A stretch of 64,000 nucleotides of DNA from Eledone cirrhosa (taxonomy: Eukaryota). Position numbers and translations under genes: made by a program. The DNA lies in contig OZ024740.1 in the NCBI GenBank assembly GCA_964016885.1, forward strand, positions 64,356,001 through 64,420,000, given 5' to 3'. Under the pieces are notes generated by a model. That model was not told the DNA's origin, did not search any database, and worked only from the letters and a program-made list of their open reading frames with translations. Of this stretch, positions 12,353 through 25,689 are shown one piece after another. Position 1 is the stretch's first letter; each line of letters starts with the position of its first letter.

Positions 12353-13119
12353 TCAAAATATGAATAGTTTGATGTCCGGTTTTATATTGATTCAACTAAA
12401 TAAAATCGCCAGAATTCCTCGGTTAGATTCTATTTAATTGTTCTCGTCGTCTGCATATGAAGTTATTAAATAGGAACGTAATTACAGTACGAAATATTTT
12501 AACAATGAATCTAGATTCCATTTTTTTCACATAGGAAAAGTTTGAATTTCAGAATTCTTGTACAGAAAATGATGACATGAAAAAATGGAAGAAAAAGCCC
12601 CCAAAACAAAACGAAAAAACCCCAAACAAAACATATTTAATTGTAGTTAGCAAATATAGCTACATCATGCTGTTAAGCATTCTATGTATATAGGATTCTT
12701 AGGATATTGGAAGCTATCATTTTAACATAAATCTATTCAGAATAAAAATAACATACATAAAGAACTTCTTTTGTGTTATTTAAGAGATATTACATGATTT
12801 TTCTAGTTGTTTCGTTATGTTTTTCCAGCTTTGAGATTTGAAATACAATATAAAATAATTATTATCTCGCATCCACTTAGTATTATACATGGCTTATTTT
12901 ATTTTATAAATATATTACCAGTTGAAAGTTTATATGAAGCAAGGTGCGTATTTCCATTTACTGTATCTAGATATTCAAGTATTCATACATACGAATATAA
13001 TACACTATCAATATAGATAAACAATAATGTTATTATTATTACACAGCGATACAACACCACATAGAGCAAGGTAACAATTATATTATTAATTAGGATGTCC
13101 GTCATTATTTAAAGAAAAT

Positions 13120-13310
13120 GGGCGGTGGATTGGCAGTATCGGTAGTATCGGACGCCATGCTTTGCAGCAAAGAGTTACGGCCCTTTATGGTCTCAGTGCA
13201 AATCCCGCCGAGGTTAAATTTGCCTTTCATCCTTACGGGGTCGATAAAATAAAGTACCAGTAATACACTGAGATAATTGCTGGCCTTGTGCCAAAAGTAG
13301 AGACAATTAT
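13120..13310 (+). mobile_element. tRNA-derived SINE
   Basis: ggcggtggattggcagtatcgg...gtgccaaaagtagagacaatta. Confidence 0.85.
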
Positions 13311-14021
13311 TTAAAGAAAATAATACCGAGTTATAGAAAGTACTATTGTATATTTTAAGCAAACATTATCATACATTGAAAAGAGATAAATATTAATAAA
13401 AGAAAAGATTACCTCAGAAGAAATACCTTTCGAATCATTTATTCAAACAAAACCCTGATGTTTTGGACACATTCCAGGAAAGAAATGAAGACATAGTAGA
13501 ACGAACTGTTCAAAGCAGAATAGAAGGAAACCTCATAGCAGTGATGATCATGATCACGATATGATAGTCGTGCATATATATGTGAACTAATGAGATGTCT
13601 AATACACGTATCAATGAAAGCTATCTTCGACATTGAGTTTTGCACTAATGCCGAACACGACAAGAGATTTTAAATGAAGCTCAGCAGTATAATCTCGTTA
13701 ACGATTTTCTCCTCAGGCAAATGATTGGTACGTGTTTCAGGATTCTTGGCCATTTAGTCCTTTCTGTCTCAAATTATTGCGTATACAGTTTAATGTCATT
13801 TTCTATTGAAATTCTTAGATCTTTACCTACTTCTAATAAATATATATATATATATTCGCGATCGTGGGTTGTGCGTTCGATTCCCGGACCGGGTTATGCG
13901 TTATATCCTGGACAAGACACTTTATTTCACACACACACACACACATATATGGCGCATGATTCTAATATTCTCAGACATGACATCCTTAATATAATTTTGG
14001 CACTGTATATATATATATGTT

Positions 14022-14080
14022 CAGATCTAGCTGTCGAAACGGCCGGAGTTCAGCCGTTGGGGTCCTGACTATTTTCCTGT
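14022..14080 (+). mobile_element. PLE pseudo-LTR fragment (GGGGTC family; 3' half of hammerhead) in (TA)n
   Basis: agatctagctgtcgaaacggccggagttcagccgttggggtcctgactattttcc matches 29026-29083. Confidence 0.75.
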
Positions 14081-14292
14081 ATATACATATATATATTTGA
14101 AAAGGGAGTAAGGTTCTATACAAAACAGGGGTTATAGAGTAAAAGTGGAATTGTAAATAGCATGTAAAATATATTTAAGGATCTGTTTTTCCTTTTTTCT
14201 TCTTTGATTTGTCAAAGAGACATTATTGAAAAAATGAGAAGAACAATTCTTTAAAATAAAAGGAGATTTATAATGTATATAAAATATATAAA

Positions 14293-14339
14293 ATATAACC
14301 GGTTTCGATGTATCAATGTAAACCATCTTATCAAATGTT
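14293..14339 (-). ncRNA. Hammerhead ribozyme, U3:A8 core, in PLE-type pseudo-LTR (~14140-14760)
   Basis: Reverse complement: aacat-TTGATAA-gatg(13-nt loop)catc-GAAA-ccgg-TT-atatt; the downstream sequence recurs inverted at 16750-16850. Confidence 0.65.
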
Positions 14340-14800
14340 GAATATTGCAATTAAAAAGAATTAAAAAGAATTTAAAATTTAAAATTCAGTGTTGAAGAAT
14401 TCTGTTCATCCTTCTTGTTGCCAAGACTGGGTCTAAAATGGAACCTTATAGAGACAGAGTGCTAATCATAGTAGTAGTAGAAGTAGTGGTGGTAGTTGTG
14501 TCTTTTCACAGAACAAAATTATTTTAGGAATAGTCTCAATTGTGTTAAAGGATTGGTCAAAGTTCAGATGGTGGTGGTGAAGGGGGAAAATGTAAGTTAG
14601 GGAAAATTACTATAGGGGTGGGGGAGAGGCAAATGGGATTGTCTAAAGAAATTCTATTTTAGGAATATGGCTTTAGAGAGTATGAGTGTGTATATAAGTG
14701 TGAGTGTGTATATAAACATATATGTGTGAGTGTGTATATATATATATGTATGTGTGTATCTTATTGTAAGTGTGAGGGAATCAAAGCTTAGAGAAATATT

Positions 14801-16480
14801 AAAAAAAAAAAAAATAATAATGAAATTATTGTGTACAGTGCTCAGGTGCACTACAACTCATCAAAAGTGCATGTATAGTACATAGAATAATGTTCAAATG
14901 TCAGGAAAATGAGAAGTGCATGGAGGGGGGACATCAGGTGCAGTGTTGGCGAATCTCAGGAAGCATGGAGGTTTTAAAGGATGCAGTATCTCGACAGTTA
15001 ACAACTGATGCAGGTAGTTTGTTCCATGCTTCAGCAACTCTGAGCGTGAAAAAATGTTTCTGAAAGTCATGGGAGCTGTGCTGTTTTCTGACTTTGCAGG
15101 CATGCCCACGTGTGTTAGACACATGGAAATCAAAAAGGTGCTCAGGGTTGTCGTTGGCAAGATGGTTAATAATTTTGTGGGTGTTTACCAAGTCAGTTGC
15201 CAGACTTCGGAGCTTCAATGTATCCATGCCCGGTGAGGAATACTATCCTAGAAACGTGACTACCTCTCTTTGACTGAGAACGAATGACTTCAACCAGTTA
15301 AAAAGATCATCCTTCACACCCATTGCAGAGAGTTTTGCCATAAGTCTTTTGTGTGGCACAGAATTGAAAGCTTTAGCAAAGTCAAGGTAAACAACATCCA
15401 CCCATAAGCCGCCATCAGTGATCCGAGTGATGTCTTCAAGAAACTCGATAAGTTGATCACAGCAGCTAGAGTTAGGGATAAATCCAGATTGCGCGGACCG
15501 GATAAGACTGTGAGAGTTCCAGAAGTTCCAAAATGTTTCTCTGACACAGGATTCCATCAGTTTGGCAATGCAGTTAGTAAGACGGACTGGACGATAGTTG
15601 ACAGGTGATGTGCGGTCACCCTTTTTGAAAAGAGGAATGACACTGGCAGTTTTCCACTGCCCCGGAGTAGCACTGTTGTTCAGACAGGATTGAAAGAAGA
15701 GTGATAGCTGGTGCAGAAGGAAGTACCCACTACTTTTGACAAGCAGGTACGTAACGCCACCAAGACTAGCAGAGGCATGGTTGCGTTTATTTTTAAGGTG
15801 ACGTCGCGGCATTGCAGGTGTAAATTCCATAGCTGTAATAGAATTTGATGTCAGAAGTGGTGGAGATGGAACATTTTGGTCCTCAACAGTGAAAATGCCT
15901 GCATAGCATTCAGCAATGAGTTCTGCGCATTCCTCGGGGTCGTCAGTAATCTGGCTTGTGTGGGGATTGCAATGAGGACCAACTGGAGAGTGAGGCCTCT
16001 GCTTTGAGTGTACATATTTCCAGAATACCTTACTGTCAGGGTTGGTTGCTATGCGCTGTTCAAAATCAAGCACTGCCTTTTTTGTCACCTGCCTGAGATG
16101 GTTCGATGATTTATTTCGATTTTTCCTATTGATATCTGATTTATGCAGTTTGTACTCACGTTCAGCATTACGACGTTCTTTCTTGGAAAGACGGAGTGCT
16201 GCAGTCTCCCAAATTCCACTTTTGGAATGTTTTTTTCTGCTTACGTGGCACCGATGCTGCACATGCTGTCCATATTGCGTTCAGGATGTTCTGGAGTACA
16301 GTGTTGACATCTCCAGAGTCGTAAAATTCAAGCCAGTTTGGACGTTTCAGTAACAGTGCAATAACAGTTTGGACGGTGCAGTAACAGTTCCAGTCTGCTT
16401 TAATCCAGTCAAAGTGAGCAGTTTCGAGCTGTTACTGCCCATGAGGGACAGATTGCCAATGGTCATACCATGATCAGAGT
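14801..16480 (-). mobile_element. CR1-clade LINE, 5'-truncated with an internal RT deletion near 15240
   Basis: KKGDRTSPVNYRPV, DVVYLDFAKAFNSVPHKRL, NTRGH...FFTLRVAEAWNKLP; 3' UTR and simple-repeat tail. Confidence 0.85.
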
Positions 16481-16499
16481 CAACTTAACAGTCTTACCA

Positions 16500-16850
16500 C
16501 AGAACCACTAACAATACCTTGCCATATGTATCCACCTTCAATTACAGAAACACCGAAATGTTCGATTACCTACAGTAAAACCTCCCCATTCCATTTAAAG
16601 ATGAAAAAATGAAAAATTCCTAGAAACACACAGGATCATTAAAAGTAAAAGGCAACCCAAGTCACTAAAACACATTCTCACCGGAACAAATATAGACAAA
16701 TCAATCTCAAAGTGACATTATTGAAAACATGAGAGGAACCACTTCCTTTTGTTGTTCCTCACATTTTTTCAATAATGTCACTTTGACGAATCAAACTAGA
16801 AAAAAAGAGAAACAGATCCTTAAATATATTTTCTGTGCTATTTCCAATTC
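16500..16850 (+). mobile_element. PLE RT-EN linker fragment plus pseudo-LTR palindrome (16707-16786)
   Basis: LPYVSTFNY...HRIIKSKRQPKSLKHILT; tcaaagtgacattattgaaaa / ttttcaataatgtcactttga. Confidence 0.6.
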
Positions 16851-16904
16851 CTCCCCTCTCTCTCTCTCTCTATATATATATATACACATACACACACACA
16901 CACA

Positions 16905-17024
<120 letters not shown>

Positions 17025-17444
17025 CATACATTATCAATTGTCATGTTACTGACACAGTTCAACAGGAGGCCATGTTTAATCTACGTAGTTGTAGTATATT
17101 TAAGTATGTGATAATTTGAAATATTCCTCTTGGGAAGACAAGTCTAGCAAAGAAAAGTATAGAACTACTCATTGAACCAGCAAAACACCTTTTATTCTAG
17201 AAACAACTGCCAAATTTTCTACAAAACCCACCCTACTATCTTTAAAAAAGGAAAGGACTCATTGATGAATGTACTCGAACATACAACTTGGTTAGAAAAA
17301 ATTTGAGCTTTTAATGTCTGTTGAAATTAAATTAATCATAGGTTTGCAATAATGTGAACAACAGCTGAATTATTTTTGAAGCATATAGATATTCCTCTGC
17401 TTGCACCGATAAACGATGATTTGAATTATAGAGAATAGAATTAT

Positions 17445-17632
17445 AATTATTTCTACTTTAGGCACAAGGCCAGCAATTATCCCAGTGTATTACTGGTACT
17501 CTATTTTATCGACCCCGTAAGGATGAAAGGCAAAGTTAACCTCGGCGGGATTTGAACTCAGAATGGCAAGGGCAGTAACTCTATGCGTCAAAGCATGGCG
17601 TCCGACCCTCTACCGATACTGCCATTCCACCG
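17445..17632 (-). mobile_element. tRNA-derived SINE
   Basis: Reverse-complement full copy of the 3677 family. Confidence 0.85.
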
Positions 17633-18257
17633 CAATTATAATATCTATTGATAGGCTACAGACGATTAATGCACAAATCTGTACGTCGGGATTCTTAAAT
17701 TTCGTAGTAGATATTATTTACACGATAAAATAACTAATATAATAATTATATGTGTCCTCTGAAACGTCAACAAGTTTTGGGAATACATTTGTACCGTATT
17801 GCTCCCAACGTATATTTATTATCCCATAATATTACCTTTAACGGCAGTTACATCTTTACATTGTAGTAGAAATCATGGTTTGGTGACCTATAATAAAAAA
17901 AAAGTAGAAATGTTCATAATATAATTTACTAAAACATATGAGATATATAATATCGGAAAGTTATATATATATTGAGATAATGTTAAGTTTCATATTGTAT
18001 TCTTGATTTCTATATACAAAAGTAAAACTATTTTATCACATTATTTGTTACTGAAAGGAAAGTATAGGATGCATAAAGATTACAAATTGAATTAAATATC
18101 TTCAATACTTGCAAAACCATAAAAAGGAGAGATTCGTTTATAAATCCACTCACACAAACACACAGACGCACACACACACATATATATGATATAAATGCTC
18201 ACGCATACACGCCCGCCCACATTTATACAAAATGGCGAGTAAATGTTTCTATATGTG

Positions 18258-18373
<116 letters not shown>

Positions 18374-18657
18374 TATATATGAAGGTGGATGTGTTTGTTT
18401 TTATACATAAAAATAATATTTACCCGCTTTTTGTCTCGCAGATACACAATATGTATGTATGTCTGTATGTATGTATGTATGTATGTATGTATGTATGTAT
18501 GTATGTATGTATGTATGCATGCATATATTTATGTATATATATATGATATATATATATATGTACATATATATATATATATGTGTATATATATATGTATATA
18601 TGTATATATAAATATATACATATATATATACATATATATATATACAAATATATATAC

Positions 18658-18688
<31 letters not shown>

Positions 18689-18701
18689 CATATATATATA
18701 T

Positions 18702-18734
<33 letters not shown>

Positions 18735-20338
18735 AAGGGTGGAAGAAAGAGACAGAAAGGAGAGAAATAAAAAAAGAAGGGAGGGCATGGAAAACAACAG
18801 ACATAAAATGGGAGATATTGATAAATTTAAATAAAATCTTTGTTTAGTATTTCCTTTTTACGCTATGGAACTTAACATACATAGACGTAAAAGTTCAGGT
18901 CCAGCGTTTTATTAGATAAATATATTTGTATTGTGTATGTAGGAATGAATGAGATATAACATTTAATCTTTGTATTATAAAAACTGTGATCTATATCTAT
19001 ACATCTCTAGCTATCAAACTCTCTCTCTCTATATATATATACACACACACGCACTCACATATATGTATACATACAATCGTCAATATTGAGTGTATGTTTA
19101 TTTAATAATAATAATAAAGAAATACTAACATGCATGTATATATATATATATATTTACACACACACATATATACATGCAAATACTTATTAAATAAATACAT
19201 ATGCCCCCCTCCCCCCTGATCACATACTCATATATATATATATATGCACACTTCGTTGTGTTTACATATAAAATATTGATATATACATATGCATAAGGAA
19301 AATATTGGCTTAAAAGCTTTTAACTACGCAAGAATGAAATCAAGAAATCAATGTAACAGGAATCTATGACTCGTATTCGATTTCTAATTTCAGTTAAGCA
19401 TCCCTTCACACATTACATACTATAGTCACATAGACACACAAACAGAATCTCTTGAAAATATCCGTACAGAAATATAAACGTTCCAACAACGAAACACATA
19501 TAAAGATGCATACATGAACGTTTAATATGGTGTACATATTTGCCAAAATATTTCACTTTATGGTTTTCATTTGTAATAAAAATTATCATTGATGGATATC
19601 ATTCATGATAATATAAAAACAAAATATATCGAAACAAAATCAGTGCATTTCATCACATCTTTTATCTTTAGACAATAATGTATGTAAACTGTTTGAAAAC
19701 AATCGAAAATCAATAACTATTATACTTCATCAATTATTGTGCCATTTTGTAATCAATATATAGTTTTGCCATAAAACATAACCATGTTCCATTTCCTGTG
19801 TACATATTATGTAAGATTCTCAATAGCTATTTTGTATATTTTCACAGTATTGATTTCCTACATAGGACCATGGGAAGTCAGCAAAAGCAAGGAATGCCTA
19901 AGCTTGATCAGAGTAATCAACTGGAACTAATATATTCTACTCTATGACAGCATAGTCGACATTAGTTATCAATATTCTTTGGATAGTGAAGAAGGTAAGG
20001 TAAGTTAGCAACGCCTTTTACCAACTAACATCGATGATTCTATGAAAAGTGTGAACTTCAAAGAATCTCATTCTTCTTTTACCAAATATATTGTGCGTAC
20101 GTAAAGATGAATGTAATTCCACAATGTTTTCTTTCAACCTGGCAGAAAGGACGTTATTTTACATTACAGAGGGTATTGTCGATATCTGCGTATTCACTAT
20201 CTCATATTTTCTCTCTTTCGACCCTACATCATTCAACGGATAACCAAACATTATTCATAGAAATACTTTTACCGGTATATATACATGTATTCTCCAAACA
20301 ATAGGATGAGATTTTATAGATACTTAACTGGCATTATA

Positions 20339-20527
20339 TGGTGGATTGGCAGTATCGGTAGAGGGTCTGACGCCAGGCTTTGCAGCAAAGAGTTACGGCT
20401 CTTTATGGTCTGAGTTCAAATCCCGCCGAAGTTAATTATGCCTTTCATCCTTACGGGGTCGATAAAATAAAGTACCAGTAATGCACTGGGATAATTGCTG
20501 GCCTTGTTCCAAAAGTAGAAACAATTA
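20339..20527 (+). mobile_element. tRNA-derived SINE
   Basis: Full copy with A and B boxes and Deu/Nin-like core. Confidence 0.85.
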
Positions 20528-21545
20528 TTATAGTCCAAGCGATTAAGATGGTATTCAATTGTGTCGGAGTTTGTAATATGGGTCTAGCATTAGGTGGAGA
20601 TATATGGTACCACAGTCTCATCAACAAATTCCATGACATATGCCTGCTCGGGTAGAGCTGACAAGGAGTACTAAAAACAATAATATGAACAACTAAAATT
20701 TATTTTATAGAAGTTGCTGACCAAGAAAAGACTCAACGCCTTAGTTGGTCGGATTCGAAATCAGAGTTTGAAGTACATTATAAGTGATTTAAACCAGTGA
20801 TCTACTATATAAGTTATATATTAGTAGGTATAGTAATGACATTATAAAACAGCACTAAAACTACGCTTTTGCAAGAGAAGGACGTAAGCAATTAAAATGA
20901 CTCGAATATGATTATTCCGAATGGTATTAATCTCAAGAGATCTGAAAATGAAAATCAGACCCAGAGTGATTTGAACTCAAAATATAGGGGAATGAAACAA
21001 ATATCGTAAATCTACAAGTACCGCCGGTTTACACAAAAATAAGGATTTGTTTTGATAAGGCCCAAAGTGATATTTTTAGTTGGATAGAGTAAGGATGTAC
21101 ATTAAACATTATATTGTATCACCACAGGAGATATATATATTATCGTATCCTACATTATATTATATAAAATTATGTAAGACTAAATGATATATTACGTTTT
21201 ATTTTGTTATGATATATTTATATTGCATTATATATTCAATAAAATTCAACATATATTTTGCATTAAATATGTTTTTAATCCATTATTGACGAATATCACA
21301 GATCCCCGTAACCAACACTTATAAATTTATGAATACTTTTATTCCGACCAACCAAGCTATATATAATTTAGCGTTAATATTGAACCTATGAATAATCTAG
21401 TAAATCAGAAGTGAAAATATAGAATATACTGTCGTAACTAAAATTACGTAATTCAAACACCATTCAGGTATAGGTATACATTTCATGCACAGATTTTCAT
21501 CTATAACTATTATGCTTTGGGCTTGCTATATATATATATATATAT

Positions 21546-21664
21546 AGGAACGCGTAAGACCCCGACGGCTGAGCTACTCGTCCCTATTACCCACTCTACT
21601 ACCTTAAGTATTGAGTACTTTGGTGCGTTATGGTCCATCTGGTTCCTTACCACATTTCCTTCGT

Positions 21665-21666
<2 letters not shown>
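21546..21666 (+). mobile_element. Inverted PLE pseudo-LTR mini-element (GGGGTC family) in (TA)n
   Basis: taggaacgcgtaagaccccgacggctgagct (inverted piece) joined to actcgtccctattaccc...ccacatttccttcgtta. Confidence 0.75.
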
Positions 21667-21698
<32 letters not shown>

Positions 21699-22110
21699 CA
21701 TACATACATATACATATATATATATACATATATACATATATATACATACATACATATATATACATATATATACATATATATACATATATATACATATATA
21801 TACATATATATATACATACATATATACGATATTAATAAATGGAAACTATATTTATAAAACCATATTTATTTCATTATACATATTTCAGGTATACCACATT
21901 AAATTATGGTATGCCTTCATCAGACAAAATACAATATATAACAGTTTTACAAATAGGTTTGACGTACCCTTTAGAATACAACCATTACTTTGCATACATA
22001 TATATATATATGTGTGTGTGTGTCTGAATACATATATATATAAACGAAAATTAATTTTTAACAGACAAATTCGTACAATATAATACATACTTGAAGGATA
22101 TAGACGGGAG

Positions 22111-22111
<1 letters not shown>

Positions 22112-22141
<30 letters not shown>

Positions 22142-24520
22142 CTTCGCCCCTCTCATTTCTGAGAGGGTCGCCGACAGAGTCCTCAAACACTCCTTCCAGC
22201 GTGTCCTGTCCGAAACAACCGTCTCCAAATGATCCGGGTGGATCCCCAATCCTGGGTCTCCTGCCGGTTATTTTTGCCCGTAAAATCTGTCCAGTGATTG
22301 TTTCCTGATACATTCTATCTACATGCCCATAATATCGGAGCTGTGATCTCTCAATTCGCAGAAGTAGCGTGTGTAACTGGAGTGATCTCCGAGCTACGCA
22401 TTTTAACGAGTAACGTTACTCCAAGGACCATTCGGAGGAACCCCATTTCGGCTGCTTGTATTCGCGATGGTATTCTTTCGGTCATTACACAAGATTAATG
22501 ACCATAGGTAAAGGTTGACACATTTTGAATGGAAGATAGCTAGTTTGGATTTTACACCTATCTCTCTTCTTCTGATTACCGAATGCTGAAACTGGTGCAC
22601 TACTTCACTAGCTTTTGCAATTCTTGCACTTAATTAAAGCTTTCTGCCTTCTATCACGGGCCCAAGATACTTGAACCTCTCCACCTGCTTCAGTGGAACT
22701 CCATTCCCATGTAAAGTGCATTGTACAGACATCTTTGAGAAGACGAGTGTCTCCTCTTTTGCAGCTCTGATTTTCATTCCAGCCATGCAGCATTCGGCAT
22801 GAAATCTATCGAGCGAAGGTCGGAGATCACCTTCAATACGAGTCTGCAAATTCCTGCCGACTGATTTTACATCCGCCAGTCGTAATACCACTTCTAGCCC
22901 AGCTGCGCATGTCAATTCTGTTCACGAAAATAATAAAAAGAAGAGGTGACAGCACGAACCCATGTCGGAGTCCGGATCCTACATGAAATGAATTCGTTTT
23001 AGCACCATTTATCCGCGCACTAATACTCGGGTATTGGTATAATGACATCAGGGCAGCAAGAAGCTGATCATTCATCCCATACTTCTGCAGAGCCTTCAAG
23101 GTCCCGAGGCGCACAGTCAAATATCTTTTCGAGGTCTACAAAACAGAATTGCTCATAGCAATACTCCCACGATTTCTGCTGCAGTGTAAATATTTGGTCG
23201 GCTGTGCTCGTTTCCGGAGTGAAACTTGTACTGTTCATAAGCTAGCTTGAACTCGACAATTTCTCTGCAATTATTTGCGAGTCACTTAGCTAAGACATTA
23301 CTGGGGAGGCTTAACAAAGAAACCCCTCTGTTATTCGAACAATCTCTCTATTCTCCTTCTTCTTCTTTGAAAATTGTCATTGCTTAGGTGCCTTTCCAGT
23401 AATCCAGGCCACCTGGCACTCACGAGTCAGATAAAAAACACCCCTTTTTAAGGTTTTTAACATACCAGGTCGGATTTCATATTCCACAGCGGCCTTGACA
23501 CAATCGAGCTCTTTGACGGCTGTTATGACTTCAGCATCCGAGAGATCAGTCACCGCTCCCAGATGCACCTCATGTATATGAGAAGATGCTGTTGTCATTG
23601 GATTTAGGAAATCAGCAAAGCATTCTCTCCACCTCGTGAGGGTGCACCTCACTGAAGAGAGAACTCCAGACGCGTTCCTGATAGCAGGTGTGGAGGAGGA
23701 CTTCTTATTACGAAGTCGGCGGATTGTCTGCCAGAACATTTTTATTTACTGTCCCTTTTGTCATTCTTCATGCTTGCTTGTACTGCAAATGCAAAAGGTG
23801 GACTTATTTCCAAGCCAAGCTTTGTAGGCCTCCATCAATGCTCGGGTGGCCTTGTTGACCTCTTTATTGAACCTAGAGGCCCTCGTGCCATTCGGATCCA
23901 CACCAAGCCTCTTTCGCCCTCAGCATTCAACAGCTGAAGCAGACACTGTTGAACTAAACAATATCCACTCTTTCTGAACGTTCCCGGTTTGCTCATGGAG
24001 TTCTCTGAATTTGGATGCAATGATATCTACATACCTGATCCTGACTTCCTTATCGACCAACGCTTCTCATTTTATCTATTAGATCAACCTGGGTCTGCCA
24101 GTTTTGTGGGCTTCTTTGACTTTAGGTAGCCTCGAATTGCAAATAACTAGATGATGTTCAGTTGACAGCTCGGCTCCCTCTTAACATGAACATTCAGTAC
24201 AGAATCGAAGAGATCAGATGCAATAACAATATCAATTATTGATCTCTGTCCCTGATTCCCCTTAAACCATGTATATTTATGGATGTCTCTGTACTGGAAA
24301 AAGGTGTTCATAATAGAGAGCCCATTGCTAGAACAGAAGTCTAATAAGGTTTCTCCATTCGTGTTTAGATTGGGGTTGCCTTTCTGTCCAATCAATCCTT
24401 TCTATAGTAGGTGGTCAGTGCCTACATGTGCATTGAAGTCTCCCATCAAGATATATGACTCAGTCATAACTGCATCTAACGTTGTAGTGACTTCATCGGG
24501 ATACATAGCCACAAATATCT
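22112..24520 (-). mobile_element. RTE-clade LINE, degenerate APE endonuclease plus RT with (GAA)n tail
   Basis: GDFNAHVG, FCSSNGLSIMNTFFQYRDIHKYTW, GLRHGFVLSPLLF, LKQVERFKYLG, GRRPRIG; (ttc)n at 22112-22145. Confidence 0.85.
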
Positions 24521-25689
24521 CCATGTCACTTCACTATTGTAAATCATTCAAACGTGAAACCTGTAAAGTTGTTATTACTAAAATTATTATTAATCCTAAA
24601 GATTCCAATTGCATTTTAAACTTTAGCCCATAAAGAAAACACCCAGAAAATGCGGTAAACTAACCGTTGACCTTCCCTTATAACTAACACTCGACTAACA
24701 TCCCCATATTCCCCAAACTAACCACGGACCACACAAATTACTAAATGAGGAAGACAGACGTTATCAGACTGCAGCTGTTATATATAAAACTGCTATTATA
24801 AAACTATAAATATATACAACGAATACCATTATATATTAGAATATGAGTTTAAAATATGCAAACATTAACTGAATATTACGCAAAACTGTTGGGTATAGTG
24901 TAATAATTTATCTTAGTAGAAAGGTGGCAGTGCCTTCGAAGTTTCAGCTTAGTTGTTATTGCTTGGTCGCTTCATATAATATCTAGCTTTTAAATGCCGT
25001 TCATATGTATGTTTCAATGTTAAGTTTTGTTATTTCTGAACCTAATGCTTTTCATAACGCTTAATAGTCACTTAAAATTATATTTTGCGAAACCCAAGAT
25101 CTTTCCAAATTAGTAATAAAAAGTAAACTTTATTTCTCAGTTAATGTTTATTGTTTCTCCTTATAGCCTGCTATTTTTATATTTGTTTTTGACATTTCAA
25201 TTCCTTGATAATGACATTAAACATATTTGAAAGGTTATTTAAATGTCATTGGTTGTCCGAGCTTTGATATATTATCAATAATTAAGAGTAAATCGTCAGA
25301 AATGTTAAACACATGAATTACGTAATATAGCTGTATCAACTCCACACGCACAAAAAGACAGGTACACACAAAAATCCAGAGTGGCAAAGAACTCGTGTTC
25401 CAGTATATCCAATTTTCACACAGTATTTTTGAACATATATTCTTTTTTGTAACTGTGATGTGCCTGTTAAGCACATCCATATATTCTGCTTTGTATTGAG
25501 TACCTTACTTACTGTGGTTACCCCCGATTGAACCCGGGATAAACTTATATATATATAAATATATATGAGAGTATTGAAGTTTGCTTGAAGCATTGTGGAA
25601 TAATAAGGCAAATTTCTTTAAGTCGTTTGGAAGCCTCGACAATGCAGATGGGTAAATCTCCGGGTAACAAGATCCGGTGGTGGAGAGAG

